Assembly (NCBI GenBank): GCA_035997125.1
Contig: DASYIX010000052.1
Coordinates: forward strand, 5,752-69,751
DNA: 64,000 nt
Reading direction: 5' to 3'
Source of the DNA: Gemmatimonadales bacterium
GTDB lineage: Bacteria > Gemmatimonadota > Gemmatimonadetes > Gemmatimonadales > GWC2-71-9
Shown: one piece after another, positions 28,321 through 37,666 of the stretch
How positions within the stretch are numbered: the first letter of the stretch is position 1
Layout of the letters: every line of letters begins with the position of its first letter
Translations under genes and position numbers: made by a program
Notes under the pieces: model-generated
Seen by the model: only the letters and a program-made list of their open reading frames with translations
Databases searched by the model: none
What the model was told of the DNA's origin: nothing

Positions 28321-29612
28321 CCACGCTGCGGACCGTGGAGATGGCCCTGGGCACGCCCGGAGTGGATGCCGCCGGCAATCCGATCCGGGTTCCGCTCGGC
28401 GTTACCGAAGGCAACGGGGGATACCGGGAGGACCTGGGCGCCGAGCGCATGCTGGTCAACATCGGGCCGCAGCATCCGGCCACCCATGGCGTGCTGCGGC
28501 TGGTGCTGGAGCTCGAGGGTGAGACGGTGCGGCGCTGCATCCCTCACATCGGGTACCTCCATTCCGGCTTCGAGAAGCTGGGAGAATATCGCCAGTACAA
28601 CCAGATCATCCCCCTCACCGACCGCACCGACTACCTCTCGCCGATGGCCAACAACGTCGGTTTCGCCCTCGCGGTCGAGAAGCTGATGGGCCTGGAGCTC
28701 ACCGAACGGTGCAAGGTACTTCGGGTCATCGCCTGCGAGATGAGCCGGATCATTTCTCACCTGGTGTGGCTGGGAACCACCGGCATCGATCTTGGGGCCT
28801 ATACCCCGTTCCTGTGGTCGTTCCAGGAGCGGGAGCGCATCTACAACCTGCAAGAAGCCTGGACCGGCGCCCGGCTCACCACCAGCCTCACCCGGGTTGG
28901 TGGGCTCATGGCCGACATCCCGGATGGATGGGAAACAGGTCTCCGGGAATTCACCACCACCTTTCCCAAGACCCTGGCGGAAGTGGACACCATGTTCACC
29001 CGCAACGCCATCTGGATCGGACGCACCCAGGGCGTTAGCGCGCTCACCGCGGAGGAAGCGATCAACCTGTCGCTCTCCGGTCCGATGCTGCGGGCGAGCG
29101 GGGTGGACTACGATGTGCGGAAGGACCGGCCCTACCTCGACTACGAGACCTACGATTTCGAGGTGCCGATCGGCGAGCACGGCGACATCTACGACCGGTA
29201 CCGGGTGCGACTGGAAGAGATGTGGCAGTCCAACCGGATTCTGGAGCAGGCGATCGATCGCCTGGCTCGGCTCAAAGGCGCTCCCATCAACGTGTCCGAC
29301 CCGCGGGTGGTGCTCCCGCCTAAGTCGCGCGCCATGAGCGACATGGAGGCAATGATCTTCCACTTCAAGCAGGTAATGGAAGGGGTGAAGCCGCCCGCTG
29401 GTGAGGTCTACCTCGGGGTGGAGAATCCCAAGGGCGAGCTGGGTACCTACCTGGTCTCCGATGGTACCAGCAAGCCGGTCCGGTGGCGTATCCGGCCACC
29501 TTCCTTCATCAACCTGGCCAGCCTTCCCACCATGTGCGAGGGAGCGCTGCTGTCCGACGTGATCGCGATCAACGCGAGCGTGGACATTGTCATGGGAGAG
29601 GTGGATCGATGA
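28317..29612 (+). CDS. nuoD: NADH-quinone oxidoreductase subunit D
   Basis: NIGPQHPATHGVLRLVLELEGE, GYLHSGFEKL, and the C-terminal IDIVMGEVDR. Confidence 0.96.
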   Translation: MTTLRTVEMALGTPGVDAAGNPIRVPLGVTEGNGGYREDLGAERMLVNIGPQHPATHGVLRLVLELEGETVRRCIPHIGYLHSGFEKLGEYRQYNQIIPLTDRTDYLSPMANNVGFALAVEKLMGLELTERCKVLRVIACEMSRIISHLVWLGTTGIDLGAYTPFLWSFQERERIYNLQEAWTGARLTTSLTRVGGLMADIPDGWETGLREFTTTFPKTLAEVDTMFTRNAIWIGRTQGVSALTAEEAINLSLSGPMLRASGVDYDVRKDRPYLDYETYDFEVPIGEHGDIYDRYRVRLEEMWQSNRILEQAIDRLARLKGAPINVSDPRVVLPPKSRAMSDMEAMIFHFKQVMEGVKPPAGEVYLGVENPKGELGTYLVSDGTSKPVRWRIRPPSFINLASLPTMCEGALLSDVIAINASVDIVMGEVDR

Positions 29613-30139
29613 GCGTGTCCGAGCACGGGTCGTCCGGCGGGCATGTCACCGAGACCGAGCCCTACCAGCCGGTCTTCACCGGCGCGCGGTTGGCCCGGTT
29701 GGAGCAGCTGTTCACCCTGTATCCGACCAAGCAGGCCTGCCTGCTGCCGGCGCTCTGGATGGTGCAGGAAGCTCGCGGCTGGATCTCGGAAACCGCCATC
29801 GGCGAAGTCGCCGACGTGCTGGACCTGACGCCGGCCTACGTGAAGGGCGTGGTCACCTTCTATACCATGTACCACACCCATCCGGTGGGGCGGCACTTCA
29901 TCCAGGTCTGCACCACGTCTCCCTGCAACTTGTGCGGGGCCGAGGGCGTGATGAAGGCGCTGCTGGAAAAGAGCGGATGTGGCGAGCTCGGAGCCACCAG
30001 TCCCGATGGCCGCTTCACCGTCATCGAGGTCGAATGCCTCGGCGCCTGCGGGTTCGCCACGCCGATCATGATCGGTGATGACTTCATCGAGAGCGTCACA
30101 CCCGACAAGGTGGCAGGCATCCTCCAGAGGTATGAGTAA
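29609..30139 (+). CDS. nuoE: NADH-quinone oxidoreductase subunit E
   Basis: VCTTSPCNLCGA...ECLGACGFATPIM (2Fe-2S). ATGA overlap with nuoD. Confidence 0.93.
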   Translation: MSVSEHGSSGGHVTETEPYQPVFTGARLARLEQLFTLYPTKQACLLPALWMVQEARGWISETAIGEVADVLDLTPAYVKGVVTFYTMYHTHPVGRHFIQVCTTSPCNLCGAEGVMKALLEKSGCGELGATSPDGRFTVIEVECLGACGFATPIMIGDDFIESVTPDKVAGILQRYE

Positions 30140-31446
30140 TGGGCTACCCACATCCCAGTCATCCCAAGGAAAATCCGGTCCTCTCGAAGCACTTCGGCGA
30201 CGCCGAGGCGCGCACCTTCGACGGCTGGGTCAAGCGCGGCGGGTACGAAGCCCTCAAGAAAGTCCTGAAGCTGAGTCCCGAGGCGGTGGTCGAGGAGATC
30301 AAGACCTCGGGTCTGCGCGGGCGAGGCGGGGCGGGCTTCCCCACCGGCCTCAAGTGGTCGCTCATGCCCAAGGCTGATGGCAGGCCGCACTACCTGGTCT
30401 GCAACGCCGACGAGTCGGAGCCCGGCACCTTCAAGGACCGGGAGATCATGCGTTGGACTCCGCATCAGCTGATCGAAGGCTGCGCCATTGCCGCGTACGC
30501 CATCGGCGCCGAGCGGTCCTACATCTACATCCGAGGCGAGTTCACCGATCCGCTTCTGATCATGCAACAGGCGATCGAAGAGGCGACGGCCAAGGGAGCG
30601 CTGGGATCCAACGTGTTCGGCAGCGGCAAGCGCATCGAGATGATTATCCACCGAGGCGCGGGCGCCTACATCTGTGGCGAAGAGACCGCGATGCTCAATT
30701 CCATCGAGGGCAAGCGCGGCAACCCCCGGATCAAACCGCCGTATCCGGCCCAGGCCGGAGTCTTCGGGATGCCGACCACGATCAACAACGTCGAGACTCT
30801 CGCCGCGGTGCCTCACATCATCATGCGGGGCGGTGAGTGGTACCAGGGACTCTCTCTCAGCAACCCCAAGAGCACCGGAACCAAGCTGATCTCCGTCTGC
30901 GGTCACATTCAGAGGCCGGGGAACTACGAGGTCACGATGGGCACGCCGATGAAGGAGCTCATCTACGACATGTGCGGTGGCATGCGGCCGGGCCGGACCC
31001 TCAAGGCCGTCATCCCCGGCGGCTCCTCGGTGCCGATCATGAACGCCGCCGAAGCCGAGGACTGCCTGTTGGATTACGAGGGCGTGGTGGCGAAGGGCTC
31101 CATGCTCGGTTCCGCCGGGATGATCGTCATGGACGACACCACCGACATGGTGTATCAGATCTGGCGATTGGCCCGCTTCTACGCCCACGAATCCTGCGCC
31201 CAGTGCACTCAATGCCGGGAAGGCACCGCCTGGTCGGTGCGAATCCTGGAACGGATCCTGGCAGGGAAAGGAAAGCAGGAGCACTTTCAGCTGCTGCTCG
31301 ATCTCTCGGACAACATGACCGGAAAGACCATCTGCGTGCTGAGCGACTCGTGCGCCGCGCCGATCGTAAGCGGTATTCAGAAATTCCGCCACGAGTTCGA
31401 GGCGTATATCCAGGGCGCCCGAGAGCCGGCGATGGCTGCGGTTTGA
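30139..31446 (+). CDS. nuoF: NADH-quinone oxidoreductase subunit F
   Basis: GLRGRGGAGFPTG, CNADESEPGTFKDR, ESCAQCTQCREGT. Confidence 0.96.
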   Translation: MGYPHPSHPKENPVLSKHFGDAEARTFDGWVKRGGYEALKKVLKLSPEAVVEEIKTSGLRGRGGAGFPTGLKWSLMPKADGRPHYLVCNADESEPGTFKDREIMRWTPHQLIEGCAIAAYAIGAERSYIYIRGEFTDPLLIMQQAIEEATAKGALGSNVFGSGKRIEMIIHRGAGAYICGEETAMLNSIEGKRGNPRIKPPYPAQAGVFGMPTTINNVETLAAVPHIIMRGGEWYQGLSLSNPKSTGTKLISVCGHIQRPGNYEVTMGTPMKELIYDMCGGMRPGRTLKAVIPGGSSVPIMNAAEAEDCLLDYEGVVAKGSMLGSAGMIVMDDTTDMVYQIWRLARFYAHESCAQCTQCREGTAWSVRILERILAGKGKQEHFQLLLDLSDNMTGKTICVLSDSCAAPIVSGIQKFRHEFEAYIQGAREPAMAAV

Positions 31447-31459
31447 GCTGAGGAACGTG

Positions 31460-33067
31460 ATGCCTGACGAATTGGTGAACGTCACAATCGATGGAATGCC
31501 CGTAAGTGTCCCCAAGGGCACGACCATCATCGAAGCCGCGAAGATGGCGGGTGTGCTGGTGCCGCACTACTGCTACCACCCGTCGCTGCCGTCGCCGGCC
31601 GTGTGCCGCATGTGCCTGGTCGAGGTGGAGAAGGCTCCCAAGCTGATGCCGGCGTGCGTCACCGCGGTGTCCGAGGGGCAGGTGGTGCACGTGGAGAGCG
31701 AGAAGGCCAAGAAGGCCCGCGAAGGGGTGCTCGAGCTCCTGCTCATCAATCACCCGCTGGATTGCCCCATCTGCGATCAGGCCGGCGAGTGCGAGCTCCA
31801 GGACTACGTGTTCCAGGAGGGCAGGGCGGGGACCCGGTATGCCGAGTATGCCAAGCGCTATAGCCCGGTGGAAGACTTCGGGCCCGACGTCCTGTACGTG
31901 CCCAATCGATGTATTCTCTGCACCCGGTGTGTCCGCTTCATGGAAGACGTGGCCGAAGAGCCGGTGCTCAACGTCTCCGAGCGGGGCGACCGGGCGTACA
32001 TCGGCATCTCGCCAGACTATCCGCTCGATCACGCCTGGGCCGGCAACGTGGTAGACCTCTGCCCGGTAGGATCGCTGATCTCCAAGGACTTCCTCCATAA
32101 GGCGCGGGCCTGGGATCTGGACAAGACCGCCAGCGTGTGCCCCGGCTGCACCCAGGGCTGCAACATCACCATTGATACCCGGGACGACATCGTCGTGCGT
32201 CTCCGTCCTCGGCCGAATCTCGAAGTAAACCGGCACTTCATCTGCGACTACGGGCGGATGAACTACCGTTGGCTGAATCGAGGTGACCGGGTGGAGGCAC
32301 CGCTGGTGCGAGACGGCGGCCGTCACGTAGCCACCGATTGGGATACCGCGCTTGACCGCCTGGGTCAGCTGGTCCGGGGCACTTCCGGCTCCGCGCTCAT
32401 CCTGGCCTCGAGCCGAGCCTCGACCGAGTCTCTGGGATTAGTTCGAATGATGCTGGGGCGGCTCAAGGTGACCGCGGCCGTCCAGGTGCCAATCGGAGAG
32501 GAAGCACCTCTCGTCGGGATTCCCAACCTTGCGCTGCGGGCCGAGCGCGCGCCCAACCTGAAAGGTGCCGAGCTGCTGGGCTACGGCGTCGACTGGCCCA
32601 CTGCCTTGCGCGAGCTGCCGAATGCGGGACTGGTCATCGTCCTCGACGCCGATCTGGCCGAGTCGGATCAGACCATGATCGCGGCCGCACCGGGTAGTCT
32701 GGTGCTGATGGGTACAGTTTTCCCAGAGGGACTTCGGAACGCCGAGCTGGTTCTCCCCCTCACCAACATGGCGGAGGAGAACGGCACTTACGTCAATCGC
32801 GACCGACGGATTCAGCGCTACAACCAGGCCAAGTCGCAGCCGGCCATGTCTCGTCCGGCCTGGTGGGTGGCGGGCGAAGTGATTGGCGGTCCGGGACCAA
32901 GCCCGTCCGCGCCGGCCACCGCAGCCGAGGCGTTCGATATGCTGGGTGAGCGCTGGCCGGTGTTCGCCGGGCTCAGCCATGCCGACGTGGGATATACGGG
33001 ACGGGTGCTCGACGGCTCCAGCGATTCGGTGGCGGAAAGCCAGCGGGCCGATGTGGGGGTAATGTGA
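31460..33067 (+). CDS. nuoG: NADH-quinone oxidoreductase subunit G (short, ~535 aa)
   Basis: 2Fe-2S CYHP..CRMCLVEV, HPLDCPICDQAGECELQD, CILCTRCVRF, CPVGSL, CPGCTQGCN. GAGGA Shine-Dalgarno favours ATG 31460 over GTG 31457. Confidence 0.9.
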   Translation: MPDELVNVTIDGMPVSVPKGTTIIEAAKMAGVLVPHYCYHPSLPSPAVCRMCLVEVEKAPKLMPACVTAVSEGQVVHVESEKAKKAREGVLELLLINHPLDCPICDQAGECELQDYVFQEGRAGTRYAEYAKRYSPVEDFGPDVLYVPNRCILCTRCVRFMEDVAEEPVLNVSERGDRAYIGISPDYPLDHAWAGNVVDLCPVGSLISKDFLHKARAWDLDKTASVCPGCTQGCNITIDTRDDIVVRLRPRPNLEVNRHFICDYGRMNYRWLNRGDRVEAPLVRDGGRHVATDWDTALDRLGQLVRGTSGSALILASSRASTESLGLVRMMLGRLKVTAAVQVPIGEEAPLVGIPNLALRAERAPNLKGAELLGYGVDWPTALRELPNAGLVIVLDADLAESDQTMIAAAPGSLVLMGTVFPEGLRNAELVLPLTNMAEENGTYVNRDRRIQRYNQAKSQPAMSRPAWWVAGEVIGGPGPSPSAPATAAEAFDMLGERWPVFAGLSHADVGYTGRVLDGSSDSVAESQRADVGVM

Positions 33068-34308
33068 CCCCGGAGCTGAAGGGCTTCATTCTCCTCAGTG
33101 TCATCAAGATGCTGGTGGTGTTCACCATCACCATGGTCGGGGTAGCGCTGTTGACCCTGATGGAGCGGAAAGTCAGCGCCTGGATGCAGAACCGCCGGGG
33201 ACCCAACCGGGTCGGGCCGGCCGGCCTGCTGCAGCCGGCTGCGGACGGGCTGAAGAATATTCTCAAGGAAGAGACCTTTCCGGCGCTGGCCAATCGCTGG
33301 CTCTTTTTGTTGGCACCGGCGCTTTCGTTCATCCCCGCCTTGCTTCTCTTTGCGGTCATCCCGTTCGGCGCGCCCCTCCCGGTCGATTTCGATTTCACCC
33401 TCGGCCCGCTGGGCCGGTTCGTGCACCACGGACTTATGCCGATGGTGGTGGCCGATCTGCCGATCGGATTCCTCTTTGTTCTGGCAATCAGCTCGATGGG
33501 CGTATACGGGATCGCCCTTGCGGGCTGGTCTTCCAACAGCAAGTACGCGCTGCTGGGCGGGCTTCGGGCCGCCGCGCAGATGGTGTCCTACGAGGTGCCG
33601 ATGGGACTGAGCCTCATACCGGTGCTGCTCCTGTCGGGGAACGTGAGTCTCTCGGCGATCGTTCACGCTCAACAGCTCGGGCTCTGGTATGTGCTCCCGC
33701 TCTTTCTCTCGTTCTTCATCTTCCTCATCTCCGGCTTTGCCGAGACCAATCGGCTGCCGTTTGACCTGCCGGAGGCCGAGTCGGAGCTGATCGCGGGATA
33801 CCACACGGAATACAGCGCAATGAAGTTTTCCTTCTTCTTCATCGCCGAGTACTCCAACGTGGTCACCGTGTGCGCCATGGTGACCACGCTCTTCTTCGGC
33901 GGGTGGGACATTCCCTTCACCCGATGGGATGAGTCCGGCGGTGTGCTCCAGAGCATTGCCACCGCGGGCTTCTTCTTCCTCAAGGTCATGTTCTGGATCT
34001 TCTTCGTGATGTGGATTCGGTGGACCCTGCCGCGGTTCCGCTACGACCAGCTGATGGCGCTGGGATGGAAGGTCCTGCTGCCCCTTGCCCTGGCCTACAT
34101 CATGGTGACTTGCGTCGCGATTTACGTCCTCGAGCGGTTTGCCGGGGTCACCGATCCGATCTATCAACCGCTGGCACTGTTTGGCCTGAACGTGATCATT
34201 GCCGGCCTGGTCTTCGGACTGCTGGACAGCGGCGTCTTTGTGCGCGGGTCCGGGCGGCAGCGGCAGGCTCTCAATGCCCGCGCCCGTCGCGAGGCGGTAA
34301 CGACCTGA
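33064..34308 (+). CDS. nuoH: NADH-quinone oxidoreductase subunit H
   Basis: ERKVSAWMQNRRGPNRVGP, AETNRLPFDLPEAESELIAGYHTEYS. The 414 aa include a C-terminal extension. Confidence 0.95.
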   Translation: MTPELKGFILLSVIKMLVVFTITMVGVALLTLMERKVSAWMQNRRGPNRVGPAGLLQPAADGLKNILKEETFPALANRWLFLLAPALSFIPALLLFAVIPFGAPLPVDFDFTLGPLGRFVHHGLMPMVVADLPIGFLFVLAISSMGVYGIALAGWSSNSKYALLGGLRAAAQMVSYEVPMGLSLIPVLLLSGNVSLSAIVHAQQLGLWYVLPLFLSFFIFLISGFAETNRLPFDLPEAESELIAGYHTEYSAMKFSFFFIAEYSNVVTVCAMVTTLFFGGWDIPFTRWDESGGVLQSIATAGFFFLKVMFWIFFVMWIRWTLPRFRYDQLMALGWKVLLPLALAYIMVTCVAIYVLERFAGVTDPIYQPLALFGLNVIIAGLVFGLLDSGVFVRGSGRQRQALNARARREAVTT

Positions 34309-34832
34309 TGGCCATCGGCGTCAAGGTTCTCAAGCGGCCAGAGCGGCAGGTCAGCTACGTCCGGGCCGCACTCAAGGGGATGACGCTCACCTTCAAGCAC
34401 ATGTTCGAGAAGAAGGTGACCATGCAGTACCCGGAGGAGAAGAGCACCGACAGCGAGCATGGCAGCGGGCGCTGGAGCATCTCTCCCCGGTGGCGGGGCA
34501 CCCACCGGATGTTGACCGACGAGCAAGGCCGCTCCAAGTGTGTAGCCTGCGGCCTGTGTCCCCAGGTCTGTCCGGCCAACTGCATCAAGCTCGTGCCGGG
34601 AGAGGACGAGCAGGGTAACCGCTACCCCCTGATCTACGAGATCGATGAGTTCCGCTGCGTCTTCTGCGGGTACTGTCAGGAGGTCTGTCCCGAGGAAGCC
34701 ATCCACGTGGGAGTACACTACGAGAACTCGGAGTACAGCCGGAGCCGGTTCGTCTACGATCTGGAGCGCTTGTCGTCGCAGACCCATGCCGTCTCGACGC
34801 TCTGGGACCCCACCGATCCCAAGGGTGAGTAG
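34308..34832 (+). CDS. nuoI: NADH-quinone oxidoreductase subunit I
   Basis: Two 4Fe-4S motifs, CVACGLCPQVCP and CVFCGYCQEVCP. The track start at 34011 lies inside nuoH. Confidence 0.95.
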   Translation: MAIGVKVLKRPERQVSYVRAALKGMTLTFKHMFEKKVTMQYPEEKSTDSEHGSGRWSISPRWRGTHRMLTDEQGRSKCVACGLCPQVCPANCIKLVPGEDEQGNRYPLIYEIDEFRCVFCGYCQEVCPEEAIHVGVHYENSEYSRSRFVYDLERLSSQTHAVSTLWDPTDPKGE

Positions 34833-35390
34833 ATGACCGAGGTGGTGTTTTATGTCTTCGCCGTGGCGGCGATACTCTCGGCCACGTTGTGCATCCTGCA
34901 GAAGAACCCGGTCTCCGCCGCGCTCTGGCTGGTTTCCACCATGTTTTCCCTGGCCGCCATCTACGTCCTGCTGAACGCCCAGTTCATTGCGGCCATCCAG
35001 GTGCTGGTCTATGCCGGGGCGGTCATGGTGCTCTTCCTCTTTGTCATCATGCTACTCAATCTGGGTCACGCTGAATCGGACATCCGGGGTCCGTCCACCG
35101 TAGCGGCGACACTGGTGATCGTCGGGCTGCTGGCCATCGAGCTGGTCGCCTTGTTCCAGTACACCCCGCGGCAATTGGCCTCCGAGCTCTCTCAGTGGCC
35201 CACCTTCACCGATCCGAAGACGGTGTTTGTGGCGGGCCAGCTCACCCAGCAGGAGAGTGCGACGCGGGGTGTGGTGGGGGCGGTGGCGGCTCCGCTGTTT
35301 CAGGTTTATCTGATCCCCTTCGAGATCACCTCGATCCTGCTGCTGGTGGCCATCATCGGCGCGGTCGTCCTCGCCAAGCGGAAGGTCTGA
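34833..35390 (+). CDS. nuoJ: NADH-quinone oxidoreductase subunit J
   Basis: 185 aa hydrophobic. NPV.SAL.LV...[23 protein letters not shown]. Confidence 0.9.
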   Translation: MTEVVFYVFAVAAILSATLCILQKNPVSAALWLVSTMFSLAAIYVLLNAQFIAAIQVLVYAGAVMVLFLFVIMLLNLGHAESDIRGPSTVAATLVIVGLLAIELVALFQYTPRQLASELSQWPTFTDPKTVFVAGQLTQQESATRGVVGAVAAPLFQVYLIPFEITSILLLVAIIGAVVLAKRKV

Positions 35391-35686
35391 TGCTGCTCGG
35401 CCCGGCTCTGGGACTCTCGGCCATTCTCTTCAGTCTGGGCGTGGCTGGAGTGCTGCTCCGACGCAACGCCATCGTGCTGTTCATGTGCATCGAGCTGATG
35501 CTGAATGCGGTCAACCTCAGCTTTGTGGCCCTCGCCCAGCTGCATGGGGCCAGTGGCTACGTCATGGTTTTCTTCGTGATGACTGTCGCCGCCGCCGAGG
35601 CTGCGGTAGGGTTGGCCATCATCATCGGGATTTTCCGCCATAGGCAGTCAGTGGATCTCGGGAACATCAACCTGCTGCGGGGCTAA
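35390..35686 (+). CDS. nuoK: NADH-quinone oxidoreductase subunit K
   Basis: 98 aa. [30 protein letters not shown]. 1-nt overlap with nuoJ. Confidence 0.92.
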   Translation: MLLGPALGLSAILFSLGVAGVLLRRNAIVLFMCIELMLNAVNLSFVALAQLHGASGYVMVFFVMTVAAAEAAVGLAIIIGIFRHRQSVDLGNINLLRG

Positions 35687-37659
35687 TGGCTCTCTCTCAC
35701 TGGGTCTGGCTCACGGTTGCGTTCCCCCTGCTCGGGTTCCTGGTGAACGGCGCGCTGGCGTTGCGGCGTCCCGGGGCCAAGAATGCCGTCTCCGCCGTGG
35801 GCGTCGGGGTACTGGTGGCGGCCTTCGCAGTGTCGCTGGGCATCTTCCTCGAGCTGTGGCATCAGCCTCCCCATGAGCCGATCATCGTCAACCTGTGGCG
35901 GTGGCTGCCGGTCGGCCCGCTTCAGGTGGATATGGCGTTCCAGGTGGACCAGCTCTCCGCCGTGATGCTGCTGGTCGTCACCGGCGTCGGGAGCCTGATC
36001 CATCTCTTCAGCGTCGGCTACATGAAGGAAGACCCGGGATACGCCCGCTACTTCGCCTATCTCAATCTCTTCGTGGTCTTCATGCTGGTGCTGGTCCTGG
36101 GCTCGAGCTTCCCGGTCATGTTCATCGGCTGGGAAGGCGTCGGTCTCTGCTCCTATCTGCTGATCGGCTTCTGGTTCAACGACAAGGTCAACGCCGATGC
36201 CGGTAAGAAGGCCTTCGTCGTCAACCGGATCGGCGACTTCGGCTTCCTGATCGCCATGTTCATGATCTGGAACACGCTGGGGACACTGACCTTCACCGGG
36301 ATGGTCGAGAAAGCTCCGACGGTGTTCTCGTCCGGAAGCCCGGTGATTACGGCGATTACCCTCTTCCTGTTCCTCGGCTGCACCGGCAAGTCGGCGCAGA
36401 TCCCGCTCTACACCTGGTTGCCTGACGCCATGGCCGGGCCGACGCCGGTGTCAGCGTTGATCCACGCGGCCACCATGGTCACCGCGGGGGTCTACCTCGT
36501 GGCCCGGACCAACGTGTTATTCGCGCTGGCCCCGCTCTCCAGCACCGTGGTAGCGGGTATCGGTGCGCTGACGGCGCTCTTTGCCGCCACCATTGGCCTT
36601 CGACAGTACGACATCAAGAAGGTCCTGGCCTATTCCACCGTGTCCCAACTGGGCTTCATGTTCGTGGCGGTGGGTACCGGCGCGTATACCGCCGGGATGT
36701 TCCACCTCGTGGCCCACGCCTTTTTCAAGGCGTTGCTGTTTCTTGGCGCCGGAAGCGTGATCTACGCCATGCATCATGCCTATCACGCCACCCACTCGCA
36801 CGCCGACGCGCAGGACATGCGGAACATGGGCGGTCTCAAACAGTATATGCCGGTCACTTTCTGGCTGATGCTGATCGCCACCCTGGCCATTGCCGGGATT
36901 CCGCCGTTCGCCGGCTTCTTCTCCAAGGACGAGATTCTGGCCGCCGCCTACGCCCGGGGCCAGAGCATCCCGATCTATTACGTCTTCTACGCCATGAGTG
37001 TGATTGCGGCCCTCCTCACCTCGTTTTACATGGCGCGTCTGATGGCCATGACCTTCCTGGGGGAGAATCGGACCGGGGAGCAGGAACGGGCCCATCTTCA
37101 CGACGCCCCCCGGGTGATGACCGGCCCGTTGCTGGTGCTCGGCTTCTTCAGTGCGCTCGGCGGTTTCCTAAACTTGCCGGCGTTCCTGGGCGGCGGCGGA
37201 GGGATGGAGCATTGGCTCGAGCCGGTGATGGCGCCGGGTGCCCGCTACTTCGGTCTCGAGATGCCGCACGGCAGTACCGAACTGTTTCTGATCGGTGCCG
37301 CGGTGCTCGTCGGAGCGGTGGGCCTTCTGGCCGGCTGGCAATCCACTGTACGCGGGCCTACGCTGCCGGCCGCGGATGCGCCCGCGGACACCGGCCTCGC
37401 CCGGCTGCTCTATCGCAAGTACTACGTGGACGAGATCTATGACGCGGTCATCGTTCGGCCGCTGGTCTGGCTCTCCCGCGCGGTGCTCTGGAAGACAGTC
37501 GATCAGGCGGTGGTGGACGGCGCCGCTGTGAACGGGACCGCCAAGCTCTCCCGCGGGCTGGGCTGGCTCGGCAGCCGGTTGCAGACTGGGCAGGTGGGAA
37601 TCTACGTCGTGCTCTTCCTCGTCGGTGCGCTGTGGGTCTTGCACGCCGTGGTCAGGTGA
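35686..37659 (+). CDS. nuoL: NADH-quinone oxidoreductase subunit L
   Basis: 657 aa antiporter-like. WEGVGLCSYLLIGFW, KSAQIPLYTWLPDAMAGPTPVSALIHAATMV. Confidence 0.95.
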   Translation: MALSHWVWLTVAFPLLGFLVNGALALRRPGAKNAVSAVGVGVLVAAFAVSLGIFLELWHQPPHEPIIVNLWRWLPVGPLQVDMAFQVDQLSAVMLLVVTGVGSLIHLFSVGYMKEDPGYARYFAYLNLFVVFMLVLVLGSSFPVMFIGWEGVGLCSYLLIGFWFNDKVNADAGKKAFVVNRIGDFGFLIAMFMIWNTLGTLTFTGMVEKAPTVFSSGSPVITAITLFLFLGCTGKSAQIPLYTWLPDAMAGPTPVSALIHAATMVTAGVYLVARTNVLFALAPLSSTVVAGIGALTALFAATIGLRQYDIKKVLAYSTVSQLGFMFVAVGTGAYTAGMFHLVAHAFFKALLFLGAGSVIYAMHHAYHATHSHADAQDMRNMGGLKQYMPVTFWLMLIATLAIAGIPPFAGFFSKDEILAAAYARGQSIPIYYVFYAMSVIAALLTSFYMARLMAMTFLGENRTGEQERAHLHDAPRVMTGPLLVLGFFSALGGFLNLPAFLGGGGGMEHWLEPVMAPGARYFGLEMPHGSTELFLIGAAVLVGAVGLLAGWQSTVRGPTLPAADAPADTGLARLLYRKYYVDEIYDAVIVRPLVWLSRAVLWKTVDQAVVDGAAVNGTAKLSRGLGWLGSRLQTGQVGIYVVLFLVGALWVLHAVVR

Positions 37660-37666
37660 TCGCGCG

